From a virus (lineage: Duplodnaviria; Caudoviricetes), in IMG/VR virus record IMGVR_UViG_3300037455_000245, positions 32,001 through 96,000 of that record: 64,000 nt of DNA; one strand, 5' to 3'. Below, in pieces: positions 7,890 through 16,902 of this stretch (positions within the stretch are counted from its first letter, which is position 1; each line of letters begins with the position of its first letter). The position numbers and the translations under genes were made by a program. The notes below the pieces were generated by a model, which ran no database searches, was not told the origin of the DNA, and saw only the letters and a program-made list of their open reading frames with translations.

Positions 7890-8172
7890 GCGGTCTGAGG
7901 TATTCTGTTCGGACACGGGTTCGAATCCCGTCGGGTCCACTACAGGAGGTGTCTGGATTTTACGTTTCGACAAGTTAGTCAGACTCAATTCAGGAAACTG
8001 CCGGCATTATCTGAGCCTCCTTTTCTTATATGGGCTCGATAGGCTTTAGACGGGCAGATGAAGTAAAGGCATTAACGCTTCGATATAAATTTAAACGACA
8101 ATATAAACATTGTCGACTATACGGGCCTCAAGGAGGCAGCGTAAAGTCCGTGTACAGGCTACGACAGTGCCT
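7890..8172 (+). ncRNA. ssrA: Circularly permuted (two-piece) tmRNA gene
   Basis: The acceptor piece comes first (TCTGTTC-GGAC-ACGGG-TTCGAAT-CCCGT-CGGGTCC-A, ends 7939), then a ~90-nt intervening segment, then the coding piece starting GGGCTCG at 8032. The 7-bp acceptor stem has G3-U70, helix 2a is GGGCAGA/TCTGTTC, and the tag frame 8097-8144 reads DNINIVDYTGLKEAA*. The 5' boundary is approximate. Confidence 0.9.
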
Positions 8173-8177
8173 GTGGA

Positions 8178-8248
8178 TGGATCATGGTGTAATGGTAACA
8201 CTACAGACTTTGGTTCTGTCATTTTGGGTTCGAATCCCGATGATCCAA
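8178..8248 (+). tRNA. tRNA-Gln(TTG)
   Basis: TGGATCA/TGATCCA acceptor, GTGT-AATGGT-AACAC D arm, ACAGA-CTTTGGT-TCTGT anticodon arm, TTGGG-TTCGAAT-CCCGA T arm. CCA not encoded. Confidence 0.95.
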
Positions 8249-8269
8249 CTACAACTAAAATTAATTGAC

Positions 8270-9160
8270 ATGTCAAAAAAATACGATTTTAATAACAATT
8301 AGGAGGAAATAGCTGAGCCTAGTATTGTTAGAATAAACAAAGACTAGGTATCTATTATTCACGCATCTAGTACAGACGTCACAGAAATACCAGATGATGA
8401 AGAGTTGATTATATAGATAGGAAATATAGAATCCTACAATCCATCAACTCTTAGTCCTGAACCAGAACCAGAGAACATTCCGAATAATAATGGAGGCAAT
8501 AATAGTTCACAGGGAAATGGGTCAGAAAACGGAGGAGGATCTGAAAGTGGATCCAGTACAGTTCCAATTATAAATGGAGATACTGTAACCATTGGAAATA
8601 AAACATACGGAACTGTACATGTAAATATCCAGAACGACACAGGAAGTGAAATACGATTGTACGGAGAAATGTTAATATGTGCATCTAGAACCCCATCAAA
8701 TTGGAATAACGCCATTCAAATTAGCGCTGACTTTATTAGACCACACAACCCAGACTGGTACAGTTATCCAAATACAGTTAGTATAGGAATAGGTTAGTCT
8801 TGTTCAATAAATTGTTTAGTAGAAACTAAATATCTTGACGGTACATATTATTTAATGGAAGGACAAAGTGCCAGTGACTACGTAACACCTGTGTGGTTAT
8901 ATAGTGTATACTATAATACACGAGACAATACAGTAAACTGGGGACAAGCGTTGTATCATATAGAAAAGAATGAGATTCGCTAGTAGTTATCTAATGGAGC
9001 AACAATATACGTTACAGCAGATAGATTAAAATTAAGCGATGAAAGTCCAAGAGTAACTGATACAACGGTTGCTATAAGTGGCACAACTACAGAAGTTAAC
9101 AATTTACCTAATACCATACATTACGTTGTATTACCTATTGGAGAAAAAACATTATTATGA
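8270..9160 (+). CDS. TAG-recoded protein (296 aa, 6 in-frame TAG), beta-rich with a G/S/N linker
   Basis: Single frame from ATG 8270 to TGA 9160 interrupted only by TAG. ATGA overlap with the next gene. Confidence 0.8.
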
Positions 9161-9804
9161 AGATACAAGACAACATGATCATTCTTAGTGCTGGAGAATA
9201 GCTCATAATTAAAACAGAAGCAGCACAAGAAACGCAACCTGTGACTAAACCAGTATAGGCAGTTGAACCAGTACCTGCAAACGAAATTAAATTCAACTTG
9301 ATAAATAAAACCAACGAAACCGTATATTTCTCAGGTAAGTTGAAACTCTACATTAAACAGAGTAATACTGATATATGGGATAATGATGGGTTTGAGATTA
9401 ACTTATGTGGTCCAGATGATATTTCAGATGGTTGGCCACACTGGCGTAAGAATAATATAAGTCTTGCTCCTGGTAAATCAAAAGAACTCACAGTAACTGA
9501 AATTAAGAAATATGTTGGTACAGGTGTTGCAAACAAAGTTAATACTGTAACAGAACCACTAAGTAAATATATTGGATGGAAGTTTGTATCTGCAGATAAA
9601 GGAAACCCATTTCCTAATTTATCTATTCCAGCTGTTAAACTTGGCGTAGCAGTAATAAGCAATGGAAGTATATCTAATAGTGCATTTATATTACATATAA
9701 CACCGATTAACAGTACAATACAATTAGGTAAGACATATAATCTTATTATAGACACCATTAAACCTAATTATAAACCAAACGCTGATAAATTATACAGCAA
9801 ATAA
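9157..9804 (+). CDS. TAG-recoded protein (215 aa, 2 in-frame TAG), possible paralog of the upstream gene
   Basis: ATG 9157 is in frame with track ORF 9298-9804. FNLINKTNETVYFSGKL resembles VNIQNDTGSEIRLYGEM. Confidence 0.8.
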
Positions 9805-9806
9805 CG

Positions 9807-9832
9807 AAAAGCTCCTCAAAAGGGAGCTTTTT
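9807..9832 (+). terminator. Intrinsic terminator
   Basis: AAAAGCTCCT-CAAA-AGGGAGCTTTTT. Confidence 0.8.
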
Positions 9833-9876
9833 GCGTATATGGTATTTTGTGAGGTCCGATTCCTCACTACGCACAA
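9833..9876 (+). ncRNA. tRNA top-half minihelix
   Basis: GCGTA..GTGAGG-TCCGATT-CCTCAC-TACGC-A-CAA. Confidence 0.5.
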
Positions 9877-9927
9877 TGTGGACAGCAGGGGCAGCGTGAC
9901 ACCACTATAAAAACAAACGCCCCACAC

Positions 9928-10001
9928 GGACTTTTAGCTCAGTTGGTTAGAGCAACAGACTCATAATCTGGAGGTCGCAGGTTCAAGCCCTGCATGGTCC
10001 A
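9928..10001 (+). tRNA. tRNA with CAT anticodon, probably Ile2 (lysidine type) rather than Met
   Basis: GGACTTT..GCTC-AGTTGGTTA-GAGC..CAGA-CTCATAA-TCTG..GCAGG-TTCAAGC-CCTGC-ATGGTCC-A. Lacks initiator features. Confidence 0.9.
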
Positions 10002-10020
10002 CAAACAAATCATAATCAAT

Positions 10021-10500
10021 ATGAACACAGGTTACAAGGAAATGCTGAGGGACAGATGTCCTAAAGTAGTTAGCTTAGCATTAAAGTATTGTAAAGCTAA
10101 AGAAACATGGTTAAACCATGTGTACAAGAATTGGATTTGGATATACAAGAGCAAAAAGGAGCGTCTCGATGCTACTAAAAGATTGCTCGGCAGTAAATCT
10201 AAGCCATTCTGTTTTGCAGATACTATCGATTGGGAGAATCTCAACAAAGAAGAGAAATCTTATTGGGAAACTATTCAAACTTGGGTATCTTGGTTCCAGA
10301 ATAAGTATGCATATATGCAAAACGCTTATTCTATCTCTAAGAGTAAAGGATATAAAGTAGAAGACATTAAATATGAGCTCATGCTTAATTTTATGTTGGA
10401 ACTATGCCCAAGCTCACAGGATGATACAAAGACAAAGAAAATGAAGAACAAAAAAGTTAACGAACTCGCAGATTTTCTTATCGAATCGTTTGAACAATGA
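10021..10500 (+). CDS. Hypothetical protein
   Basis: Start moved to 10021 because 9994 lies inside the tRNA. Confidence 0.8.
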   Translation: MNTGYKEMLRDRCPKVVSLALKYCKAKETWLNHVYKNWIWIYKSKKERLDATKRLLGSKSKPFCFADTIDWENLNKEEKSYWETIQTWVSWFQNKYAYMQNAYSISKSKGYKVEDIKYELMLNFMLELCPSSQDDTKTKKMKNKKVNELADFLIESFEQ

Positions 10501-10949
10501 ATATGTCTGTATTTTCCAAATATCTCGAGCCTCTACGTGAGGCAAATTTGATCTGTTTAACGGACGATCCAAAGCCAAGTGAGATCTACGCAGCGCTGCG
10601 TATCGCATACAATCAAGGCTCAGTGGGTGTAGAATACACTACGCAAATGATCAGTCCAATTGCAAATGACGGAGATGATTATGACGAATGCTATGACATC
10701 TGGGAATGTGCACAATCCGAATCACTAAAAGAGTGGATTGGATGGGTTAATCGAAAGATAACTCTGCAAATTGGCTTACAGAACTACCAAACAATTGGTG
10801 TTAGAGTACGTATAGCCACCAGCATGTTAAATATGTTGGTTCAATTAGGAAAAGTACCAGACAAAGTAGCTCAAAAGATTCATTATTATCTTTGTAACAA
10901 CGTAAGGAACGAAATTACACTCATCGTAAACGAAGAGTTACCGTTCTAG
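10497..10949 (+). CDS. Hypothetical protein ending EELPF (TAG stop)
   Basis: 150-aa ORF, ATGA overlap. Confidence 0.8.
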   Translation: MNMSVFSKYLEPLREANLICLTDDPKPSEIYAALRIAYNQGSVGVEYTTQMISPIANDGDDYDECYDIWECAQSESLKEWIGWVNRKITLQIGLQNYQTIGVRVRIATSMLNMLVQLGKVPDKVAQKIHYYLCNNVRNEITLIVNEELPF

Positions 10950-11144
10950 GGCAGTCCCACCCATCCCAGGTATTTATACGCTGCATATGGGTTCTAAAAG
11001 AGGTATGGTTTGATCCAAACTGCCCGCAACACAGCGGATGTCTGTTATAGGAGTGACACCTTAATAACCATCGTCTTGGTAAAATTCCGTCCAAGCACTA
11101 ACGGTATGTCCCTCCCAGGAACTATCTACTCAATTTTGTTTGAT

Positions 11145-11705
11145 ATGGCTAAGAATCCGAAGATTACAGAAGAAGAAATAGCCCTTATCAAAAGCGCTCA
11201 AGCAGGAGAAATCTCTGCTTATAATAAACTTTATGAGAAGTACAAAAACTTCACCACAAACCTTTTGTTTAGATACATTAAGGATTTTGATGAATCCAAA
11301 GAGATTAATAATATCGTTTGGCTTAAAGTTTATAAGAAACTCTCGAAATTCAAAGACTATACTTCATTTGGAGGATGGTTGAGAATACTTACAAATCGAA
11401 CTGCAATAGATTATCTACGCAAGTTAAATGATTTGAACTATGTCTCTGACACTAATGCTCGCTTTGTATCCGAGGATGACAGAGAAGATGTTTATAATGA
11501 TAGCATCTCTGATGATATTACTTACAAACAGTTAGTTGAAACATTTAAGCAATTCCCAGAAGACGCTCGTAAAGTCTTTGAATTGTATTACGGAGAAGGT
11601 CTTACTGTCAGTGAGATTCATAAGGTTACGAACATTCCGGAAGGTACGATTAAATCGCATCTCTCACGAAAACGTAACTTGTTAAAAAACAAATTCAAAC
11701 TGTAA
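11145..11705 (+). CDS. ECF-type sigma-70 factor
   Basis: LIKSAQAGEISAYNKLYEKY, region 2 FGGWLRILTNRTAIDYLRK, region 4 GLTVSEI...IPEGTIKSHLSR. Confidence 0.92.
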   Translation: MAKNPKITEEEIALIKSAQAGEISAYNKLYEKYKNFTTNLLFRYIKDFDESKEINNIVWLKVYKKLSKFKDYTSFGGWLRILTNRTAIDYLRKLNDLNYVSDTNARFVSEDDREDVYNDSISDDITYKQLVETFKQFPEDARKVFELYYGEGLTVSEIHKVTNIPEGTIKSHLSRKRNLLKNKFKL

Positions 11706-11709
11706 AATT

Positions 11710-12120
11710 ATGATGACTTTAATCGCTTTCTTGGCTATTACAGCAGTAATCACAGCTATAGCTCGCTATAACGAAAGTGATTCTCTGTTCTGGAAGCTCT
11801 TTATCTCCCTTGTTGGAGCTTATGGAGCAGCCACTATCGTCACCCACGTGATTGATAGTAAAGAGAAGGATAAAGTCGTGATGATTGATGACAATCCCAC
11901 ACAGGTGCACAAGAGCGTAAGCTACGCTCCGTTTGTGATGCGTAGCACGTCTCTTAGTGCTACCCGTCGGGTGAAAACCCAAAAGCCTGTGAGTAAGGAT
12001 ACTGTCATTAAGAATAGCGATTCTATCCTGAGTAAGGTCTTCGTGTCTGCACGAGGCCAACCACAGATAAGCTCTGTACGACATATACTACATGAGCTTG
12101 TATACTTCGACACGTCATGA
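11710..12120 (+). CDS. Membrane protein with two N-terminal TM segments
   Basis: Two hydrophobic stretches, directly downstream of the sigma factor. Confidence 0.75.
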   Translation: MMTLIAFLAITAVITAIARYNESDSLFWKLFISLVGAYGAATIVTHVIDSKEKDKVVMIDDNPTQVHKSVSYAPFVMRSTSLSATRRVKTQKPVSKDTVIKNSDSILSKVFVSARGQPQISSVRHILHELVYFDTS

Positions 12121-12195
12121 CTGACATATTTCACTAAGAAATCACATTCGAAGTACATTTAACTAGAGTATTAACAAAAAATTTTCATTATCAAA

Positions 12196-13590
12196 ATGGG
12201 AAAGAATAATAACAAGAAAACTCCTGCTGTTGAGGCTCCTGTAGTGGAGGCCAAGCAGGTAGAAGAAGTGGGTGGAAAGTCCGCTACCGCCACCATCGTC
12301 GATATGGCCGCAGGTAAGGGCTTAACCCAAAGCGAGAAGCTGCAGTTTGCCACAGAGCTGCGCCATCGCGTGTCCGAGTTAAGAGAAGAGGACAATCCTC
12401 CTCTCGAGATGATTAAGGGCTACAACATGATCCGCGATATCACATTCATTGACCTGGCAGCAGGTGAGATTGCATGTGGTACCAGCGCGACTGGTTTCAT
12501 ATTCTCCGGAAACGAAGTTGCATACAAGGCTCTTTGTGGTCTTGCGTTGACAATGGGCGTTAAGATGCCGGACTTCAAGACTCTGCCAGCTCCTACAAAG
12601 GAACAGCTGCACAACGCTGGTCTGGAGGGTATCGGTGAGACAAAATATGTCGCCATCGAGAGCAAGGACGTGTCTAAGGAGACCAAAGAGAGAAAGAAGA
12701 AGGAGCGTAAGCTCAACGACGAAGCAGAGAAGGCTGACAAAGCCTATCTGACCGACCATACCAAGATTGAGACTCCTGAACAGCTCGGTGAGGCGCTTGG
12801 GTTTCAGTTGGTTAACCTTAAGGTTGCTAGTCCAGTTGAGCGTCTTATCACAGCAGCTCAGTTCTACCGTTCCTATCTTGAGGCTCGCGCCGAAAAGTCG
12901 GACAATCCGGAAGCTGAACTTGCTAAGATCCACGAGAATTCTCTCGCTGATCTGCTTCAGGACATTAGCACTATGGTGCCCCCCACCTTCGCCATTGAAG
13001 GCTTCGGCAAGCACTTATGCAAGCTTGCGGAATCTAACGGAAGTATTATTCCTGCGTTCAACCTGTTCCGCAAGGCTTCCATCAATAAGACGACGGGAAA
13101 GTGCAAGTTCTCTGATGAGGAATGTGCAGTCCTGGTTCGCGTCATTATTGTATGGAATGCAAGCGCTCAGATCGCAAGTATCAGTAAGGATATCAAGCTT
13201 CTGAACAAGGACGCTAAGGCTAACGCCAAGGCTATTGAGCAGTGTACTGCTAAGATTCAGCATCAGCAGGACATCATCTCTCTCGCATCAGAGCCCGATT
13301 TCGATATCGCTGACAACTTCATTGCTGCATACAAGGACAACGAACATGCTAAGCACAATCTCGCTGTAGCACTGTATAACAGCATCATATCTACGTACTA
13401 TCCTGACGCTGATATCCCTGAGTTGGAAGTCGATACTGCATTGTTGAACGTTCAGCAGCGCATCGGCATCATCATAAACCTGTTCAACTCTGAGCTTGGT
13501 AAACGTGATGATTATTCTGAAGAAAACCTGATTGCATTCTCCACCGAGGACGAAAAGCCCAAAGAAGGTGAAGGATCAAAAAACTCATAG
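12196..13590 (+). CDS. 464-aa hypothetical protein (TAG stop)
   Basis: Long ORF, strong codon bias, TTATCAAA-ATG start. Confidence 0.9.
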   Translation: MGKNNNKKTPAVEAPVVEAKQVEEVGGKSATATIVDMAAGKGLTQSEKLQFATELRHRVSELREEDNPPLEMIKGYNMIRDITFIDLAAGEIACGTSATGFIFSGNEVAYKALCGLALTMGVKMPDFKTLPAPTKEQLHNAGLEGIGETKYVAIESKDVSKETKERKKKERKLNDEAEKADKAYLTDHTKIETPEQLGEALGFQLVNLKVASPVERLITAAQFYRSYLEARAEKSDNPEAELAKIHENSLADLLQDISTMVPPTFAIEGFGKHLCKLAESNGSIIPAFNLFRKASINKTTGKCKFSDEECAVLVRVIIVWNASAQIASISKDIKLLNKDAKANAKAIEQCTAKIQHQQDIISLASEPDFDIADNFIAAYKDNEHAKHNLAVALYNSIISTYYPDADIPELEVDTALLNVQQRIGIIINLFNSELGKRDDYSEENLIAFSTEDEKPKEGEGSKNS

Positions 13591-13662
13591 TGGTCATTAA
13601 GGGAAAGGGCAAAGCCTTGATGACCAAAGTGAAGAATTACATTTTTGCTTAAACTGTGAGCT

Positions 13663-14154
13663 ATGAAACGGTTAACTACAGTAATATGTTGTATCTGTCT
13701 TATGGTAGCGGGAATCGGTCTTGCTATATATGACTCAGATACGCATCTCAATGAGCTATATGCTGGCGAACCGGCTCCATTAGTATGGAATATCCCCAAT
13801 GGGGGTGTGATACCACTCGATCTCCGATTGGATTCGGAAAAGAGACAACCTGATATCCAGATGCGAGACTCTATCAACATCATCGATTCTATTCGATGGG
13901 TTGATAAGTATCGTTATCGTATAAAGTATAAAACTGTGTCTGATCGCACAACAGCACGGGAAGCAGGTGAGCATCCGGACGGTGTCAATCCAGACACCTT
14001 AGCTGGACGTACTGCAACAATTTGTGCGCTGGAACGTGAGGAGCAACCCAGCGATACTGTTGGCACTCCTAAAGTGCCATCTATACAGCTTTCTGTCGGC
14101 GGAAAAGTTGTATATTCGAATGACGATAATCACTCCACGGGGGAGAGTCAGTGA
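13663..14154 (+). CDS. Secreted or membrane-anchored protein
   Basis: MKRLTTVICCICLMVAGIGLAIY N-terminal hydrophobic segment. Confidence 0.75.
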   Translation: MKRLTTVICCICLMVAGIGLAIYDSDTHLNELYAGEPAPLVWNIPNGGVIPLDLRLDSEKRQPDIQMRDSINIIDSIRWVDKYRYRIKYKTVSDRTTAREAGEHPDGVNPDTLAGRTATICALEREEQPSDTVGTPKVPSIQLSVGGKVVYSNDDNHSTGESQ

Positions 14155-16282
14155 GGATTCACTGGCTCTCCGGCCATTGGGCATCCCGCTTAGTCCACGT
14201 CAACGGTCTCATTAGCCGGGACGAAAGAGTACAACTTGATCCGAGAATATGTCGAGCCCCAAAGGCAAACTCAAAAGGTAGGATGAAATGCTGTATAGTC
14301 ATACGTACTCTATGACAGAAAAGTATACAGTAAGAGGTGTGAGAGGTGTATCAACACCTTGCTGCCTCCCGAGAACCGATTGGTGGGGAGGATTGCCAGC
14401 TAAACTCTCGTAAGTCGCAAGAAGCGCAAAATGAACCGTATCGACAGATCTACTATAATGATACATAGTAGTAGAATAACGTTACACGAGTTGAACATAC
14501 AGTAAAGATGCCAAACCCTGTATGATGTATCAATTCACTATTGCTGTAGTCCAGTGTTCCACGCAATCCAGGGCGTGTATGAAGGGATGAAGAATTATCT
14601 GAGTATATGAACCTAGCGGAAGGTTTGACTGTCCGCGCCGTACCGTAACTACGGTCCTTGAAGAAATCCTTCCTGTGTCGAGACAGGATGACCACCTTTG
14701 AGGCCAAGGTCCCAATGGGTCACCGGGGATGGGGTGCTGAGGAAAATATGATGAAGATGACCGCCAGGCTTTGGTCGTTCAAGCGGTATAAGACACGTGG
14801 AATTGATTCGTGCTAAAAGTAAATGACCACCAGTTCGATGCAGGAACTGATTGATTAGTAGCGCCTAGAGGCGTGATTGCTGCCCGAGTGAAGGCCGGGA
14901 TGAAAGCCTATTCAAACGGCACATAGTTCTAGTAAGCAAGAACTCACTGTGTAGATGGGAGATGTACCAGAGGAAATGCTGGAGTCGAAGGATGACAACC
15001 TGACAGTCAAAACCAAGTTTTTTACAATATCGGTCGATTCGAGGTCTATACATACCAGTGTAGAAGGAGATCGCCAACGTCTGTATAGGATAATATAGTA
15101 GAACACTGATATACTATATCAGCGAGAGTAGTAAACTCGTGTGCGGTATATCTTTAGTTACAAGCAAAACTATATGAAAGTAGCCAGATGAAGTTAACAT
15201 GTTGAACAAAATTAAGTGTCCCTCTATGAAATCTATTACGTTATGTATAATCGGGATAGAGTCCGCTACCTCCTGTTGTATGGGAGAACATAGCCATTTT
15301 AGACGTATGATAGAGAAGCTTGAGTGCCAACCGTTTCTGAGAAGCAAGTAGCAGGATAGATAATAGTTTGGGGTTAGACTGCAAATCTAACTAATCGGCT
15401 TAGTCTATGAAGCAATATACGCAAACGATGCAAGGCAGCCTATCGCAAAATGAAATCACCTCACTGTCTATGAGGGGTAAAGGAAATGAGTAATTAGTCC
15501 GTCGAAAGATGGTTCGCTGATGAAAAGGACTCGATGAAGTGGCGCATTAGGTGGGTGATAAATCTTATAGCGTATGAGGTGGAATTCCTCCAGTATTCGC
15601 GCACTATAAACAGAAGCCAGCAGCAAAGCTGAATGTACAGTAAAAAGCCGTAGGTCCATCATGGGTTCTGGAGCCCTAGGCCATGTCCGATAAAGAAACA
15701 CGTTCCTCTTGACGTGAGATGCCACATGCTGATAAACAACGAAGCCAGATCCAACTGGAAAGCAAATGGACGAGAACGTTAATGTTGCTGTTAGTCTCGT
15801 AAAATATTCAGAAGCATAGCAGACAATCTTCGACACTTATTTGGAACGTACAGCGAGAAGATACACTGCACCTTATTGGTTTACGTTATTTGCATCTATG
15901 AGCACTAGGCCGTGACCATCGTAAGATGTAGCTACTCTGCCAACGAGCGCAAATAATATTTTACAAAAACTAAATATTGTGTTTTATATTTGGTGCTTGA
16001 TTGCACAACTGGCAATTAGCGCTTTTGATCCTTATATAGAGATGGGCTTGTATATCCTACCGTTGGATTCCCGTCGTACGAGTTGAGCTTCACTTTGAGG
16101 AATATAGAAGTATGACAACTATGTAAGTAAACGCGCTTCCCATGAGCATAGCACAACCAGAATAAGAAACAAATTAGAAACACAACATACTTTTTATAGG
16201 CAACGTCCCGCCTTAGAAGTGGACAAGTTCATTACCTGATATCGTTGGTTAATCAATAACGATGTCAAAAAGGATATAAGGT
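14155..16282 (+). ncRNA. ~2.1 kb ORF-free region, putative very large structured RNA or RNA cluster
   Basis: No + strand ORF of 60 aa or more. Dense hairpins, e.g. CTGTATA-GTCATA/TATGAC-TATACAG (14291-14330), CCTCCC/GGGAGG, CATACAG/CTGTATG, TCCTGT/ACAGGA, CAGTTC/GAACTG, AGTTCT/AGAACT. Confidence 0.55.
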
Positions 16283-16900
16283 ATGGCATATAACGAAATG
16301 GATATTGCCCTGGAGTCAGTACGACCCCAGGTTATCAACATTAGCCGCACGCTCCCAACTGGAGCAAAGTTTTACAAAGTAGAAGCAACTGACATTGATC
16401 AGGGCTTCGAAGAGCGCAAGAATCAGCTGATGGCTGATCCTAACACTCCTGAGTTTATTTTCAATCGTTCACCGCGCGTCATCGTGTTGAAGGACTTCAG
16501 CGTGAAGAGCCAGGACTTTGAGGTCGACATTGACGGCAACAAAGTGGTGGTCTTCAATAAGGGTACGAATGAGCAAGCCCAAGCAACGATCGTTGCTGGT
16601 GGTGTGAACTTTGGTCAGACCACCGATGAGGCCATGAAGGATGCACTTCGTGGGCAAGATCGTATCTTTGCCGACGGCATTAAGACCGCCACAAAGGTGA
16701 ACGCTCTGAACGCAGCTGAGCTCTCCCGTGTGGAGGCCATGATCAAGTACTGGACTGGAAAGGCTGATGCCATCCGTTCAGCAATTGCTTCCAACAGCAA
16801 GAAGGTCAAGGACTACCAGGACGTTCTCGCTAAGTTCCGCAAGGATATCGATTTGTCTGCCGGAGACGGCGACGGCTTCGCAGTACAGGTTGAAGGATAA
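16283..16900 (+). CDS. Hypothetical protein
   Basis: 205 aa, strong codon bias. Confidence 0.88.
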   Translation: MAYNEMDIALESVRPQVINISRTLPTGAKFYKVEATDIDQGFEERKNQLMADPNTPEFIFNRSPRVIVLKDFSVKSQDFEVDIDGNKVVVFNKGTNEQAQATIVAGGVNFGQTTDEAMKDALRGQDRIFADGIKTATKVNALNAAELSRVEAMIKYWTGKADAIRSAIASNSKKVKDYQDVLAKFRKDIDLSAGDGDGFAVQVEG

Positions 16901-16902
16901 GT

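Noticed and set aside
7940-8031. Theta / HDV-like ribozyme after the tRNA-like 3' end
   Set aside because: I could not build the nested double pseudoknot here or after either tRNA.
8178-8248. Amber suppressor tRNA
   Set aside because: The anticodon is TTG, not CTA. I saw no CTA-anticodon tRNA in the window.
8030-8302. Track ORF of 90 aa on the + strand
   Set aside because: It overlaps the tmRNA coding piece and tRNA-Gln. Only its end (from ATG 8270) belongs to a real recoded gene.
15517-15545. Second hammerhead (CTGATGA)
   Set aside because: There is no stem II or GAAA core with correct pairing.
14865-15836. Three same-frame - strand ORFs ending in TAG, as a possible recoded gene
   Set aside because: An in-frame TGA at 15456-15458 breaks the join, and the composition is not protein-like.
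14155-16282. Group I or group II intron
   Set aside because: There is no interrupted host gene, no recognisable domain V or P7 core by eye, and no intron-encoded ORF. A covariance search is still needed.
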